Assembly (NCBI GenBank): GCA_964385095.1 | Contig: CAYLNN010000014.1 | Coordinates: 23,259-87,258, forward strand | Reading direction: 5' to 3' | Source of the DNA: an uncultured Hymenobacter sp. | GTDB taxonomy: Bacteria; Bacteroidota; Bacteroidia; Cytophagales; Hymenobacteraceae | Length of the DNA stretch: 64,000 nt | Shown here: positions 18,104-27,620 of the stretch, piece after piece | Numbering within the stretch: the first letter of the stretch is position 1 | Layout: every line of letters begins with the position of its first letter | Notes under the pieces: generated by a model | Told to the model about the DNA's origin: nothing | Seen by the model: only the letters and a program-made list of their open reading frames with translations | The model's database searches: none | Position numbers and translations under genes: made by a program

Positions 18104-19255
18104 CTAGGGCAAGGGCCGCAGCACCACGCGGCGATTGCGGGGGCGCTCGGCGGGCAAGTTGTTATCAGCTACGGGTTGGGTACCGCCGAGGCCTAGCGGG
18201 TTCAGGCGGGTGAGCGCTACGCCCCTGGTACTCAGATACTGACACACAGCCTCGGCGCGCCGCATAGAAAGCTGCTGGTTGACCGTGGGGTCGCCTTGGT
18301 TATCGGTGTGGCCCTGCACTTCCAGGCGTAGCGCGGGGTAGCGCGTGAGCACCTGGGCCAGCGTATCGAGGCTAGCCCGCACAGCGGGCAGCAACAGTAC
18401 CTGGCCCTGCTCGAAGTAGAGCGCCCGCGCAGTAATAGCCTGGCCGCGCAGCAGTTGCGCAGCTATTACTTCCGCACGCGGGGTAGCCGGCGGGCTTTTA
18501 GGCTTTTTGTTGACCCTAGTGAGTGGGCGAGAAACCGGCAGCTTGGCTTTGGCAGCTACCCGCCGCTCGGTGGGCGGTGGGCCGCTGGCGGCCGGGGGTG
18601 CGGCAGTGAGCAGCATCGGCCGGCCACTCACAACCAGTACAGGGCTCAGGTCTACGGACAGCTTGGGCGGCACTGGCGGGCGGCTAAATAGATACCGGGT
18701 CGGAATAACCTCCTGGAAGCGGCTGGCAAAGGTGGGTATCTGCTCCGTCATACCCCAGAGGTTGTGCCACGAGGAGGTGAGTAACGGCTCCGTTTTCTTG
18801 GGCCGCTCCCAGAAGAGGCGGGCCGTGGCATCAAGCGAATATTGGCAGTAGTCGAGGCGCAGGCGGTAGGGCCGGCCGGCCTGCAAATCCAGGGGCACGT
18901 CGTAGTAGCCCAGTGGCTGGCCGCGCCATTCATCCAGCAGCTGCTTGCCGTCGAGCCACAGCCGGGCCCCATCGTCTACGGCCAGGTGCAGCACGTAATG
19001 GCCCGTCACGGGCGGCACCAGCCAGCCCGTCCAGCGCACGGTAAACTGCTCGGCGGGCACTCCGCTGAGGGGTTTTTCGCCGCGCCAGAAAAAGTCGATG
19101 AGCGCGTCGCGCCGCGTGCCGATAAGATGCTCGAAGTTGAGGCCGTCGTAGTAATCGCCGCGCAGGCCATCGCCCACGGCGGCTTGGGCGCTAGCCTCGG
19201 CCGGCGCGCCGAGGGTTAGGCTAGCCAGCGAAAAAGCAAAAAGCAATGTTTTCAT
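18104..19255 (-). CDS. PA14 domain + OmpA-like peptidoglycan-binding protein
   Basis: Signal peptide; GLRGDYY, FTVRWTG, DDGARLW (PA14); Pro-rich linker; GHTDNQG, LSMRRA, NRRV (OmpA_C). Confidence 0.88.
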   Translation of the reverse strand: MKTLLFAFSLASLTLGAPAEASAQAAVGDGLRGDYYDGLNFEHLIGTRRDALIDFFWRGEKPLSGVPAEQFTVRWTGWLVPPVTGHYVLHLAVDDGARLWLDGKQLLDEWRGQPLGYYDVPLDLQAGRPYRLRLDYCQYSLDATARLFWERPKKTEPLLTSSWHNLWGMTEQIPTFASRFQEVIPTRYLFSRPPVPPKLSVDLSPVLVVSGRPMLLTAAPPAASGPPPTERRVAAKAKLPVSRPLTRVNKKPKSPPATPRAEVIAAQLLRGQAITARALYFEQGQVLLLPAVRASLDTLAQVLTRYPALRLEVQGHTDNQGDPTVNQQLSMRRAEAVCQYLSTRGVALTRLNPLGLGGTQPVADNNLPAERPRNRRVVLRPLP

Positions 19256-19402
19256 AGCGGCGCGGCTTAGGATTTAGGGTGCAATCTGGGTGGCCTCACC
19301 CCTGCCTTGTCAGGCAAATGGCAGCTAGCCTCAGCACCAGGGCAAAAGTATGCCAGCCGCCTACGGCCCACGCTTCAAGTTAGCTAATTGGGCCGTCTTG
19401 GG

Positions 19403-20332
19403 TTATAGTTTGGGCCGGGCCAGCTCGCGGGGCACCTGGCCGGTAAGCTTCTTGAACACGCGGTTAAACGTTGATTTCGAATTGACTCTGCTTTCCAGCG
19501 CCACGCCCAGCAGCGAGTAGTGCGCAAAGCGTGGGTCGGCGAGCTTGCGCTACTCGGTAGCCATTCACAAAGTCGCTGAAGCTTTGGCCGCAGCCCAGAT
19601 TGATGAGCCGGGAAAGCTGGGCAGGGTGCAGGCGCAGGCGCTGGGCCAGCTCGGCCAGCGTAAGCTCGGGGGCTAGCCAGGGGCGCTCGTCGGCCATGAG
19701 GGCGCGCAACCGGGCGCGCCAGGGCAGCAACTCGGCAGGCAGCGCGGCCGGCTGGGGCGCGGCGGCTAGGGGCGTCGCGCTTAGCTGGGCCGTGGTGGGG
19801 CTGCAAGCCCAAGTACCAGCCCGCAGCGCACCCCAAACGCATACCGCAGCTCAGAATAAGCGAACGGCCCGAACCACGCATCGAGCGCCACGAAGCTCAG
19901 GCCCTGGCCGAAGCTTAGCAGCACCACCAGTAGCGGGCGCCGTGGCCCAGCGCGGCGCGGGCGGCTGGCCGCCCCACTGGCCCAGTGGTGGCGGCGGTGG
20001 TCATCCAGGGCTTTGAGGCCTTAGAGCAGCAGCAGCACGTAGCAAACCAACGCTAGCGGGGCCAGCACCCGGCGCAACACCTCGGCCACCGGGCCGGGCG
20101 GCCCAAACTGTGCGGCGGCCACGCCGTGCCGGTAGCCCAGGTCGAGCAGGGCCACGCCCGCAAACAGCCCGATGTGGCCCAGCCCCAGCAGCAGCGTCTG
20201 CCAAGCCAGCCGCCGGCGCCCCGGCTGCCCCGTGAGCACCCGCAGGTAGAGGTAGCACACCGGCGCCAGCAGCAGCACCGCTGCCCGAAACATATACTGA
20301 AGAATCATAGCGGCCCGCAGGGTTCGGCGCAA
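19403..20332 (-). pseudogene. Degraded membrane-anchored AraC-family regulator
   Basis: Fragments in different frames: LLLAPVCYLYLRVLTG; PWLAPELTLAELA..LSRLIN..SFSDFVNGYRV; RKLADPRFAHYSLLGVALES..NSKSTFNRVFKKLTG..RPKL*; premature TAA at 20021, frameshift near 19550. Confidence 0.85.
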
Positions 20333-20370
20333 AGAAAGCAGAAAGGCCGCAGTTGGCCCGCCCGGGCACT

Positions 20371-20405
20371 AAAAAGACCGGCTCCGCAAGGCGAGGCCGG
20401 TCTTT
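20371..20405 (-). terminator. Terminator downstream of the TonB-type receptor
   Basis: AAAGACCGGC stem with T-tract on the minus strand. Confidence 0.75.
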
Positions 20406-20550
20406 CTGCTTTCATAGCTCGAGGATTCTTCATCCTCTTTCTCTTGCCTAAGAGTGGGATAACCCGGCTTATGGTTGCACGGCGCCCGCTAAAAAGTTGG
20501 CGCGGCGCGGGCCGCCAGGCCCGGCGGGCAGCTTAGGCGCAGGCAGGGCC

Positions 20551-23064
20551 CTAGCCGCCCTGCTTGCTGCCGCCGCCCTTGGTATCGTCGTTCTGGATGG
20601 CCTTGCGCTGCTTGGTCTGGCCGGCCTGGCCGAACCGGTAGCTGAAGCTGAGCCGGAACGAGCGCTGGTAGGCCCGATATTCGCTGCGCTCGGTAAAGAG
20701 CGCCGTGGTGGTGGTGTTGCGGTAGGGCCAGTAGCGGTTGAAGGGGCTGCCGAAGTTAAGGGTCAGGTCGGCCTTCTCACCCAGCAGCGTTTTCTTGGCC
20801 CCTAGCTGATAGTAGAGGTTGGCCGGGCCGGTGCCCTGGATGTCGGGCATGGGCGTGCTGGCAAAGGCGAAGCCCTGCACCGTGAAGCCCTTGTTGAGCT
20901 TGTATGAGGTATTGACGTTGATGCCCGCCGCGAAGCCGCGCCGCTCGATGCCCAGCGCCGGCGAGCTGCGCACCACGTACTGCACATCGGGCCCGGCGCT
21001 GAGGTCCCACTTGGGCGTGGGCTTGGCCGAGAGAAAGACGTTGAACTGATAGAAGGTGTTGGCCGCCACGTTGGCGAAGGTTTGGGCCGTCACGCTGGCG
21101 TCGGGCGTCACGCTGGCGGGTAGCGGCACGGGGGGCGTGGGGTTGGTGGTGAGGTAGCGAATCGACTCGATGGCGTTGCCGGTGTGGCGCACCGAGAGGG
21201 CCGCGTTCAGCGTCGTGGTCTTGAGGGTGGTGCTGTAAGCCAGCTCGTACGAGTCAGTGAACTCGGGGCTCAGCAGCGGGTTGCCGAAGGAAATATTCTT
21301 AGCATCGGAGCGGTCCACGAAGGGGTTAAGGTAGTCGATAAACGGCCGCGTGATGCGCCGGCTATAGGCAAAGCGCAGGCTGGTGGCGTCGGTAAAGGCG
21401 TAGCGGGCGCTGCCGTTGGGCAGCAGCGAGAGGTAGCTGGGCAACGATACTTCGGGGCTGCCGGGGCCGAAGCGAGCCTGCACATCGGTGCGCTCGAGGC
21501 GGGTGCCGAGGCTAGCCGTTAGCTTTTTACCCGCGCTGAAGGAGTAGATGGCGTAGGCCGCCTGCACGTTTTGGGCGTAGCTAAAGTCCGTCACGCGGCG
21601 GCCGTCGGGCGCCAGGCTAGGGCCGTAGAGCGTGCGCAAGGTGTCCACGGTAGCCTCCGAGCCTGTGCGCCGGAAAATGGCTTTCAACCCCAGCTCCAGG
21701 GTGCGCTTGTCGCCGAAGGGCTGCGTAAAATCGGTCTGGAACGTGACCTCGTGGCCCGGCGTGCGGCCCCGGCTGCGCTCGCGGTAGCTGGCCTGGCTCT
21801 GCTCCAGGGCCGTGTAGGAGTTGTTGTACTGGTCAAAGTCGTAGCCGAAGGTGCCGTTGTTGAGCGCGTACTGCCCTAGCACGCTCCACTCCTTGCGGGC
21901 CGTGGCAAAGGTGCGGGTGTAGGTGCCGGTGCCCTCCACGTTCAGCCCGCTGTACAGGCTTTTGGTGGCGCGGGTAAAGAGCTGGTTGGCCGCCGGGTTC
22001 ACGTTGGTATAGCGGTTTATCAGGTCCTGGGTCGAGTTGCCGCCGTAGCCGTTCAGCGAGCCGGCCAGCGAGATGCTGTGGTGCTCGGCGGGGTCGTAGT
22101 CGAGGCCCACCGTGCCGTAGTACCAGCCGCCGAGGTTGTGGTTGTCTGAGTTTTGGCGCAGCGTGTCGGGCACGGCCCCCGCGTAGCCGATGCGCTCGCG
22201 GCTCGACTGCCCGGGGCTATACCAGGCCCCGGCGCTGGCCGACGAGGTGAAGCCCACTTTGCCTTTCTTGAAGTTCAGGGCCGAGTTGAAGTTGCTATTG
22301 CGGTTGCCGCTCGCCACACTCAGGCGGCCGTTTACGCCCTGGTCCACGCCCTTCTTCAGCACAATGTTGATGATGCCGGCCGTGCCCTCGCCATCATATT
22401 TGGCCGAGGGTGTGGTGATGATTTCGACGCTCTTAATCTGCTCGGCCGGAATGCTCTTGAGCGCCTCGGCCAGGTTGCGGGCCAGCGTGGGCGAAGGCTT
22501 GTTGTTCACCAGCACCTTAAAATTACTAGAGCCCCGCATCTTCACGTTGCCGTCGCCGTCCACGGCCAGCAGCGGGGCCTTGCGCAGCACGTCCTGGGCG
22601 GTGCCGCCGGCGTTGCTCACGTCCTGCTCGGCGTTGTAGATGAGGCGGTCGGCCTTCACCTCCACCACCGGCTTGGTGCCGATGATAACGGCCTCGCCTA
22701 GGGCCTGGGCGGCGGCGGGCAGCAGCAGCGCGCCCAGCGCCGTGGGGCCAGTGCCCACCGTTACGGTGCGGGTGCGCGCTCCGTAGCCCACGTAGGTGGC
22801 CCGCACCCGAAAAGTGCCCGCTGCCAGCTTGGTCAGCGCAAACTTGCCCTGGTCGTCGGCCGCCACGCCCGTGAGGGGCTTGTCGCCGGTGGCCGGCAGC
22901 AGCACCACCGTGGCGTAGGCTACCGGCTGGCGGCCCAGCGAGTCGAGCACCGTGCCGGTGAGCGAGCCGGTGGCCGCTGCGGCCGGCGCAGCAGCCGGCG
23001 CCTGAGCCAGTGTGGCTATCGGCACGGCCAATAGCCCTAGCAGCCAATAAGTAGTGTTTTTCAT
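20551..23064 (-). CDS. TonB-dependent receptor-like outer-membrane beta-barrel with N-terminal carboxypeptidase-regulatory-like domain
   Basis: Signal peptide (ATG 23064), plug motif IEIITTPSAKYDGEGTAGIINIVLKK-type, GNPLLSPE, C-terminal SFSYRFG. Confidence 0.9.
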   Translation of the reverse strand: MKNTTYWLLGLLAVPIATLAQAPAAAPAAAATGSLTGTVLDSLGRQPVAYATVVLLPATGDKPLTGVAADDQGKFALTKLAAGTFRVRATYVGYGARTRTVTVGTGPTALGALLLPAAAQALGEAVIIGTKPVVEVKADRLIYNAEQDVSNAGGTAQDVLRKAPLLAVDGDGNVKMRGSSNFKVLVNNKPSPTLARNLAEALKSIPAEQIKSVEIITTPSAKYDGEGTAGIINIVLKKGVDQGVNGRLSVASGNRNSNFNSALNFKKGKVGFTSSASAGAWYSPGQSSRERIGYAGAVPDTLRQNSDNHNLGGWYYGTVGLDYDPAEHHSISLAGSLNGYGGNSTQDLINRYTNVNPAANQLFTRATKSLYSGLNVEGTGTYTRTFATARKEWSVLGQYALNNGTFGYDFDQYNNSYTALEQSQASYRERSRGRTPGHEVTFQTDFTQPFGDKRTLELGLKAIFRRTGSEATVDTLRTLYGPSLAPDGRRVTDFSYAQNVQAAYAIYSFSAGKKLTASLGTRLERTDVQARFGPGSPEVSLPSYLSLLPNGSARYAFTDATSLRFAYSRRITRPFIDYLNPFVDRSDAKNISFGNPLLSPEFTDSYELAYSTTLKTTTLNAALSVRHTGNAIESIRYLTTNPTPPVPLPASVTPDASVTAQTFANVAANTFYQFNVFLSAKPTPKWDLSAGPDVQYVVRSSPALGIERRGFAAGINVNTSYKLNKGFTVQGFAFASTPMPDIQGTGPANLYYQLGAKKTLLGEKADLTLNFGSPFNRYWPYRNTTTTALFTERSEYRAYQRSFRLSFSYRFGQAGQTKQRKAIQNDDTKGGGSKQGG

Positions 23065-23304
23065 AGGTATTAAGGTAAAGGTGGCGTTGGTCGGCCTAGT
23101 GATGCGGGAAAACGAGCGGTGGTTGCTTGCTGGTCTGAAGAATTTCTGAAGCAGCGCCCCGGTTACCGGTCGGCGAGGCCCAACGTTACAGCGCCCCGCG
23201 GGGCGGGGCATTACCAGTTCGCGAAGCATGGCTCGGGCCGTGAAATGACTAGCCCAAAGGCCCCCTACCCCGCAGCACCCAGCGCGCCAAGTCATTATCC
23301 GGGA

Positions 23305-23328
23305 CGTCCCAACTTATAATTTGGGGCG
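23305..23328. promoter_or_regulatory. Near-perfect palindrome, candidate operator
   Basis: CGTCCCAACTTATAATTTGGGGCG, about 240 bp upstream of the receptor start and overlapping the stop codon of the AraC remnant. Confidence 0.45.
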
Positions 23329-23638
23329 CGCCACCGCGCCAGGAGTGCCCGCGCAGCCTGAATTCCTAGCTGGTGAGGCTGCGAAAGTAGCGGTAGCAGG
23401 CCGGGCGGCAAGGGCCCGTAGAACAGGCCGGGGAGTGGCCATCGCGGCGGGCGCACCAACCCGCGAAGCTCGGCACCCACTGCCCGATACTGAGCGTGGG
23501 CATCGGTATGAGCAGCGCCAGCAGAGTAGCGGGCCCGGTGCCACGCCGCCACACCCGCGCCCCCAGCCACCCCGCCGCCGCGCCGGGCACCACACCCGGC
23601 AAAAGCAAGGCGCTGGGCAGACCGAACTAAAACAGCAT
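23314..23638 (-). pseudogene. Second AraC-family regulator remnant (N-terminus joined to extreme C-terminus)
   Basis: MLF*FGLPSALLLPG...QWVPSFAGW...CYRYFRSLTS*EFRL, then TPGAVARPKL* in another frame; two in-frame TAGs; same RPKL* end as the 19403 remnant. Confidence 0.65.
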
Positions 23639-23687
23639 GGGGCAAAAACAGGGCGCCGGGCCGCGCGGGCGCTCGCCGCTGCTGGTG

Positions 23688-23695
23688 TAGCTTTG
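23688..23695 (+). promoter_or_regulatory. -7 promoter element
   Basis: TAGCTTTG 22 nt upstream of ATG 23718. Confidence 0.6.
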
Positions 23696-23717
23696 GGCTA
23701 CCTACCTATTACTATTT

Positions 23718-24527
23718 ATGAACATCCTGCGCCACGTCGAGCTCACCCGCGTGTTCTTCGTTGACATCGAAACCGTGCCCGGCCACGCCACCCACGCCGA
23801 GCTGCCCGCCGCCCACCAGCCACTGTGGCAGAAATTCTGCGACAAGCGCCACGCCAAGGAGCTGGCCGCCGGCCAAACCCACGCCGAGCTCTTCGCCAAC
23901 GGCGGCCTCTACGCCGAGTTTGGCAAGGTGGTGTGCATCTCGGTGGGCTACTTTAGAATGCTGAAGGACGATACGCTGGAGTTTCGCACCAAGTCCTTTG
24001 CCGACGACGACGAGTGCGCGGTGCTGCGCAGCTTCGGGCAGTTCTTGCAGCGCTACGCGCCCTACGGCCCCGCCCGCTACAACAAGCTCGAAACCGCCGG
24101 CCCCGACGGCAGCTTCCTCTGCGCCCACAACGGCCGCGAGTTCGACTACGGCTACCTGGGGCGGCGCATGCTCATCTGCGGGCAGGAGATTCCGCCCATG
24201 CTCGACGTGGCCGGCCACAAGCCCTGGGACCTGCCCCACCTGCTCGACACGATGGACCTCTGGAAGTTTGGCGACAACAAGGGCCATATTTCGCTGCCCC
24301 TGCTGGCGGGCGTATTCGGCATCCCGTCGCCCAAAGATGACATCGACGGCGCGCAGGTGGCGCAGGTGTACTGGCAGGACAAAGACCTGGCCCGCATCGT
24401 AACCTACTGCGAGAAGGATGTGGTGACCACGGCCCGCATTTTTCTGCACTACACCGGCAAGAAAGACCTCTGGCCCCTGGTGCAGCACACGCCCACGCCC
24501 TGGCCGCCCCAGGCCGCGGCTGGCTAG
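23718..24527 (+). CDS. Stand-alone PolB-like 3'-5' exonuclease (DnaQ/RNase H-like fold)
   Basis: DIET (Exo I), HNGREFD (Exo II), YCEKDV (Exo III). Confidence 0.88.
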   Translation: MNILRHVELTRVFFVDIETVPGHATHAELPAAHQPLWQKFCDKRHAKELAAGQTHAELFANGGLYAEFGKVVCISVGYFRMLKDDTLEFRTKSFADDDECAVLRSFGQFLQRYAPYGPARYNKLETAGPDGSFLCAHNGREFDYGYLGRRMLICGQEIPPMLDVAGHKPWDLPHLLDTMDLWKFGDNKGHISLPLLAGVFGIPSPKDDIDGAQVAQVYWQDKDLARIVTYCEKDVVTTARIFLHYTGKKDLWPLVQHTPTPWPPQAAAG

Positions 24528-24649
24528 CCCGCCAGCCGGCCAGCCAGTTCCCAAGCCCAACCCTGAGCGGCTGTAGTCTGGCTGGCGCTGAATACCTTGC
24601 GGCGGGCGGCGCCACCGGGGCGCCTCGTCGGCTTTCCTGGTAATACTAT

Positions 24650-26974
24650 ATGAATCACGCTTTCTTTCGCTGGCTGCCGCTGCTGGGGTTGCTGCTGGTG
24701 GCGGGGCTAGCCGCGTGGCTGGTGCAGCCGCCGCGCCCGGTGCCGGCCACGGCCCCTGCCACCGAGTTTTCGGCCTACCGCGCCCGGCCCGATGTGGTGG
24801 CCCTGGCCAGCCAGCCTCACCCACTTGGCTCGGCTGCCCAGGCCCAGGTGCGCGACTACCTCCTCAGCCGCTGCCGCGACCTGGGCCTGGACCCCAGCGT
24901 GCAGGACATGAGCCTGGTCGTGAACGAGCAAGGCCCGCTGGTGGCGGCCAGGGTGCAAAATGTGGTGGCCCGCCTACCGGGCCGGCAGCCCGGCGGCCGG
25001 GCCGTGCTGGTGCTGGCCCATTACGACTCGCAGCCCCACGCCCCCGGCGCCGGCGACGACGGCGCGGGCGTGGCCGCCATGCTCGAAACCATTCGGGCCC
25101 TGCGCGCCGGCCCGGCGTTGCAAAACGACGTTATCTGGCTCTTCACCGATGGCGAGGAGGCCGGCCTGCTGGGCGTCCGCGCCTACGCCGCCGACACGGC
25201 CCGCCTGCGCCGCGAGGTGGGCGTGGCCCTCAACTTTGAGGGGCGCGGCAACGCCGGCCCTAGCCTCACTTTCGAAGTCAATTCGCAGAATGGCTGGGTG
25301 ATGCGCGAGTACGCCCGCGCCGCGCCCTACCCCATCGCCTCGTCGCTATTTTACGAGGTGTACCGGTACCTGCCCAACAGCACCGATTTTACGCCGCTGC
25401 GCCAGGCGGGCATTGCCGGGCTAGGGTTTGCCTTTGCCGATGGCCACCCCTACTACCACAGCCCGGCCGACACACCCGCCCGCCTCGACCTGGGTTCGCT
25501 GCAACACCACGGCTCGTACATGCTGAGCTTGGTGCGGCACTTTGGTAACCTCCCGCTTACCCAGACCAAGGCCCCCGACGAAACGTTTTTCAACGTGCTC
25601 GGCACCTGGCTGGTGCACTACCCCGCCGCCTGGAACCTCTGGCTCACCCAACTCACCATCAGCCTGATAGGGCTGACTATCGTGCTGGCCTACCTGCGCG
25701 GGCAGTTGAGCGCGGGCAGCCTGCTGGGCGGGGCGCTGGGCTGGCTGGGCGCCGTGCTGCTGCTGGCCCTGGCCGGCTGGGGCCTGCTGATGCTGGTAGC
25801 CCGCCTTTACCCCGAGTACGGCGTTTTCTACGACCACGCTTCCTACAATGCCCTGGCTTACCAGGGCGCGCTGCTGGCGCTGGGGCTGGCTCTGTTTGCG
25901 GCCTACTACGGCTGGCTGAGTCACTTTCTGCGGCCGGGCTCGCTGCTGGGGGGGGTGCTGCTGGTGCTAGCCTTGTTGCTGGGCGTGCTGCAATGGCAGG
26001 TGCCTTCGGCGGCGTTTTTGCTGGCGTGGCCGCTGCTGGCTGCTACGCTGGCCTGGGGCCTGCGGCTACGCCGGGTGGCTAGCCCCATCCGCCAGCCCAG
26101 CGCCAACGTGGCCGAGTGGCTACTGGCGCTGCCCGCCGTGCTGCTGCTGGCGCCAATAATGTATTTGCTGCTGGTCATTTTTGGGCTGAGCGTACCGGCG
26201 CTGGGGGCGCTGCTGCTGCTGGCCGTGCTGCTAGGGTTAGCGCTGCCAGTGCTGCTGCCGGTGCTGCGTCCAGCGGCCGGGCTGCTGCGCCCACCCACTA
26301 CGAGCTGGCTGCTACCCGGATTGGCGCTGGCCCAGGCGCTAATGTTGCTGCTGATGGGCCACCTCACGCGGCAGCCCACGGCTAGCCAGCCTCAGCAAAC
26401 CCATCTGTATTATGCCCTCGATGCAGCGCATGGCCGGGCCTACTGGCTGTCGGCCCTGCCTAGCCCCGATGCCTGGACGCGCCAGGTCTTTACCCAACCG
26501 CAGCTGGCGCCCCTGCCCACGCTCTTTCCGCACTCGGCGGTGCCGGTGCTGCACCAGGCGGCACCCGCGCTACCGCTAGCGCCGGCCCGCATAGTGGTGC
26601 TGACCGACCGCGTGGTAAATGGCCACCGGCGCCTGCGCCTGCGCCTAAGACCGGGCCGGGCCGAGGTCAGCGGCTTTGTGCTGCGCATCAAACAGGCCAG
26701 CCGGCTGCTCTCGCTGCGCGTGGCCGACGAGCTGACGCCGGCCGCCGACCTGCACCCTAGCCAGGGGGAGGTGAGCCTGCAATTTCTGGCGCCCCGCGCC
26801 GCTGGCGAGGAACTGACCCTGGAGCTGGCTAGCCCCGGCCCGCTGCTGATAGTCGTGACGACCCGCACGCTGGGGCTACCCCCTAGCCTGACGCCCGCAC
26901 TGCCCGCCACCGTGGTGCCAGCGCCGGGCTACACCAGCTTCACCACGCAAGTGCGGCAGGAGTTTACGCTGTAA
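24650..26974 (+). CDS. Membrane-bound M28 family metallopeptidase
   Basis: AHYDS, GAGDDGAG, DGEE, NFEGRG, YHSPAD, followed by multiple TM helices. Confidence 0.9.
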   Translation: MNHAFFRWLPLLGLLLVAGLAAWLVQPPRPVPATAPATEFSAYRARPDVVALASQPHPLGSAAQAQVRDYLLSRCRDLGLDPSVQDMSLVVNEQGPLVAARVQNVVARLPGRQPGGRAVLVLAHYDSQPHAPGAGDDGAGVAAMLETIRALRAGPALQNDVIWLFTDGEEAGLLGVRAYAADTARLRREVGVALNFEGRGNAGPSLTFEVNSQNGWVMREYARAAPYPIASSLFYEVYRYLPNSTDFTPLRQAGIAGLGFAFADGHPYYHSPADTPARLDLGSLQHHGSYMLSLVRHFGNLPLTQTKAPDETFFNVLGTWLVHYPAAWNLWLTQLTISLIGLTIVLAYLRGQLSAGSLLGGALGWLGAVLLLALAGWGLLMLVARLYPEYGVFYDHASYNALAYQGALLALGLALFAAYYGWLSHFLRPGSLLGGVLLVLALLLGVLQWQVPSAAFLLAWPLLAATLAWGLRLRRVASPIRQPSANVAEWLLALPAVLLLAPIMYLLLVIFGLSVPALGALLLLAVLLGLALPVLLPVLRPAAGLLRPPTTSWLLPGLALAQALMLLLMGHLTRQPTASQPQQTHLYYALDAAHGRAYWLSALPSPDAWTRQVFTQPQLAPLPTLFPHSAVPVLHQAAPALPLAPARIVVLTDRVVNGHRRLRLRLRPGRAEVSGFVLRIKQASRLLSLRVADELTPAADLHPSQGEVSLQFLAPRAAGEELTLELASPGPLLIVVTTRTLGLPPSLTPALPATVVPAPGYTSFTTQVRQEFTL

Positions 26975-27043
26975 ACTGTCTAGTCGAGCTTGTGTGCGCG
27001 GCCGGGCTGCCAGTACCTTAGCTTCGTTTGTCAACTTAAAGCT

Positions 27044-27547
27044 ATGCCACAGCCCATTACTCTTTTTTCTGCCGCACTATTGGGGCTGGCTGCCAGCAGC
27101 CTCGCGGGCTGCAACCTGCGCCCGTGCGCCTCTGCCAATGCCGGCCCGCCGCTCCTAGGCTTGGTGTTTAGTACCGACACGCTCGGCACCGGGCCGGGCT
27201 TTCGCAAGGCAGAGGCTCTTTCGGCTTACCTGGTGCGCTACCGGGGCGCTGATTTCAGCCTGCCGCTCGACACGCTGCGCGCCAGCGACCGGTACAGGTC
27301 GCCCACGGCTTTTTACTACGTTGACCGCACGCTTTTTTGCAACTTTCCGGCCACTGCGGGCCCATCCGACCCGCGCAGCTACCGCCTCGAAGTGCCCGCC
27401 GCCAAAAAGCGCTACGACCTGAGCGATATCGTGTTCGAATACGGCGGCGTCGATAACTGCACGCGCACCGTCGCCCGCCTCGATATGCTCGTCAACGGGC
27501 AGCGCGTGGATGCCCGCCGGGGCTACACTCTCACCAAGCTAAACTAA
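27044..27547 (+). CDS. Hypothetical lipoprotein
   Basis: Hydrophobic signal with LAGC lipobox. Confidence 0.65.
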   Translation: MPQPITLFSAALLGLAASSLAGCNLRPCASANAGPPLLGLVFSTDTLGTGPGFRKAEALSAYLVRYRGADFSLPLDTLRASDRYRSPTAFYYVDRTLFCNFPATAGPSDPRSYRLEVPAAKKRYDLSDIVFEYGGVDNCTRTVARLDMLVNGQRVDARRGYTLTKLN

Positions 27548-27561
27548 CGGTTATCCAAAAC

Positions 27562-27598
27562 AAAAGAGGCCGCAGCTAACAAGCTGCGGCCTCTTTTT
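27562..27598. terminator. Bidirectional intrinsic terminator
   Basis: AAAAGAGGCCGCAGCT-AACA-AGCTGCGGCCTCTTTTT. Confidence 0.85.
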
Positions 27599-27620
27599 GG
27601 GTGACCCTAAGCGCTGGCGC

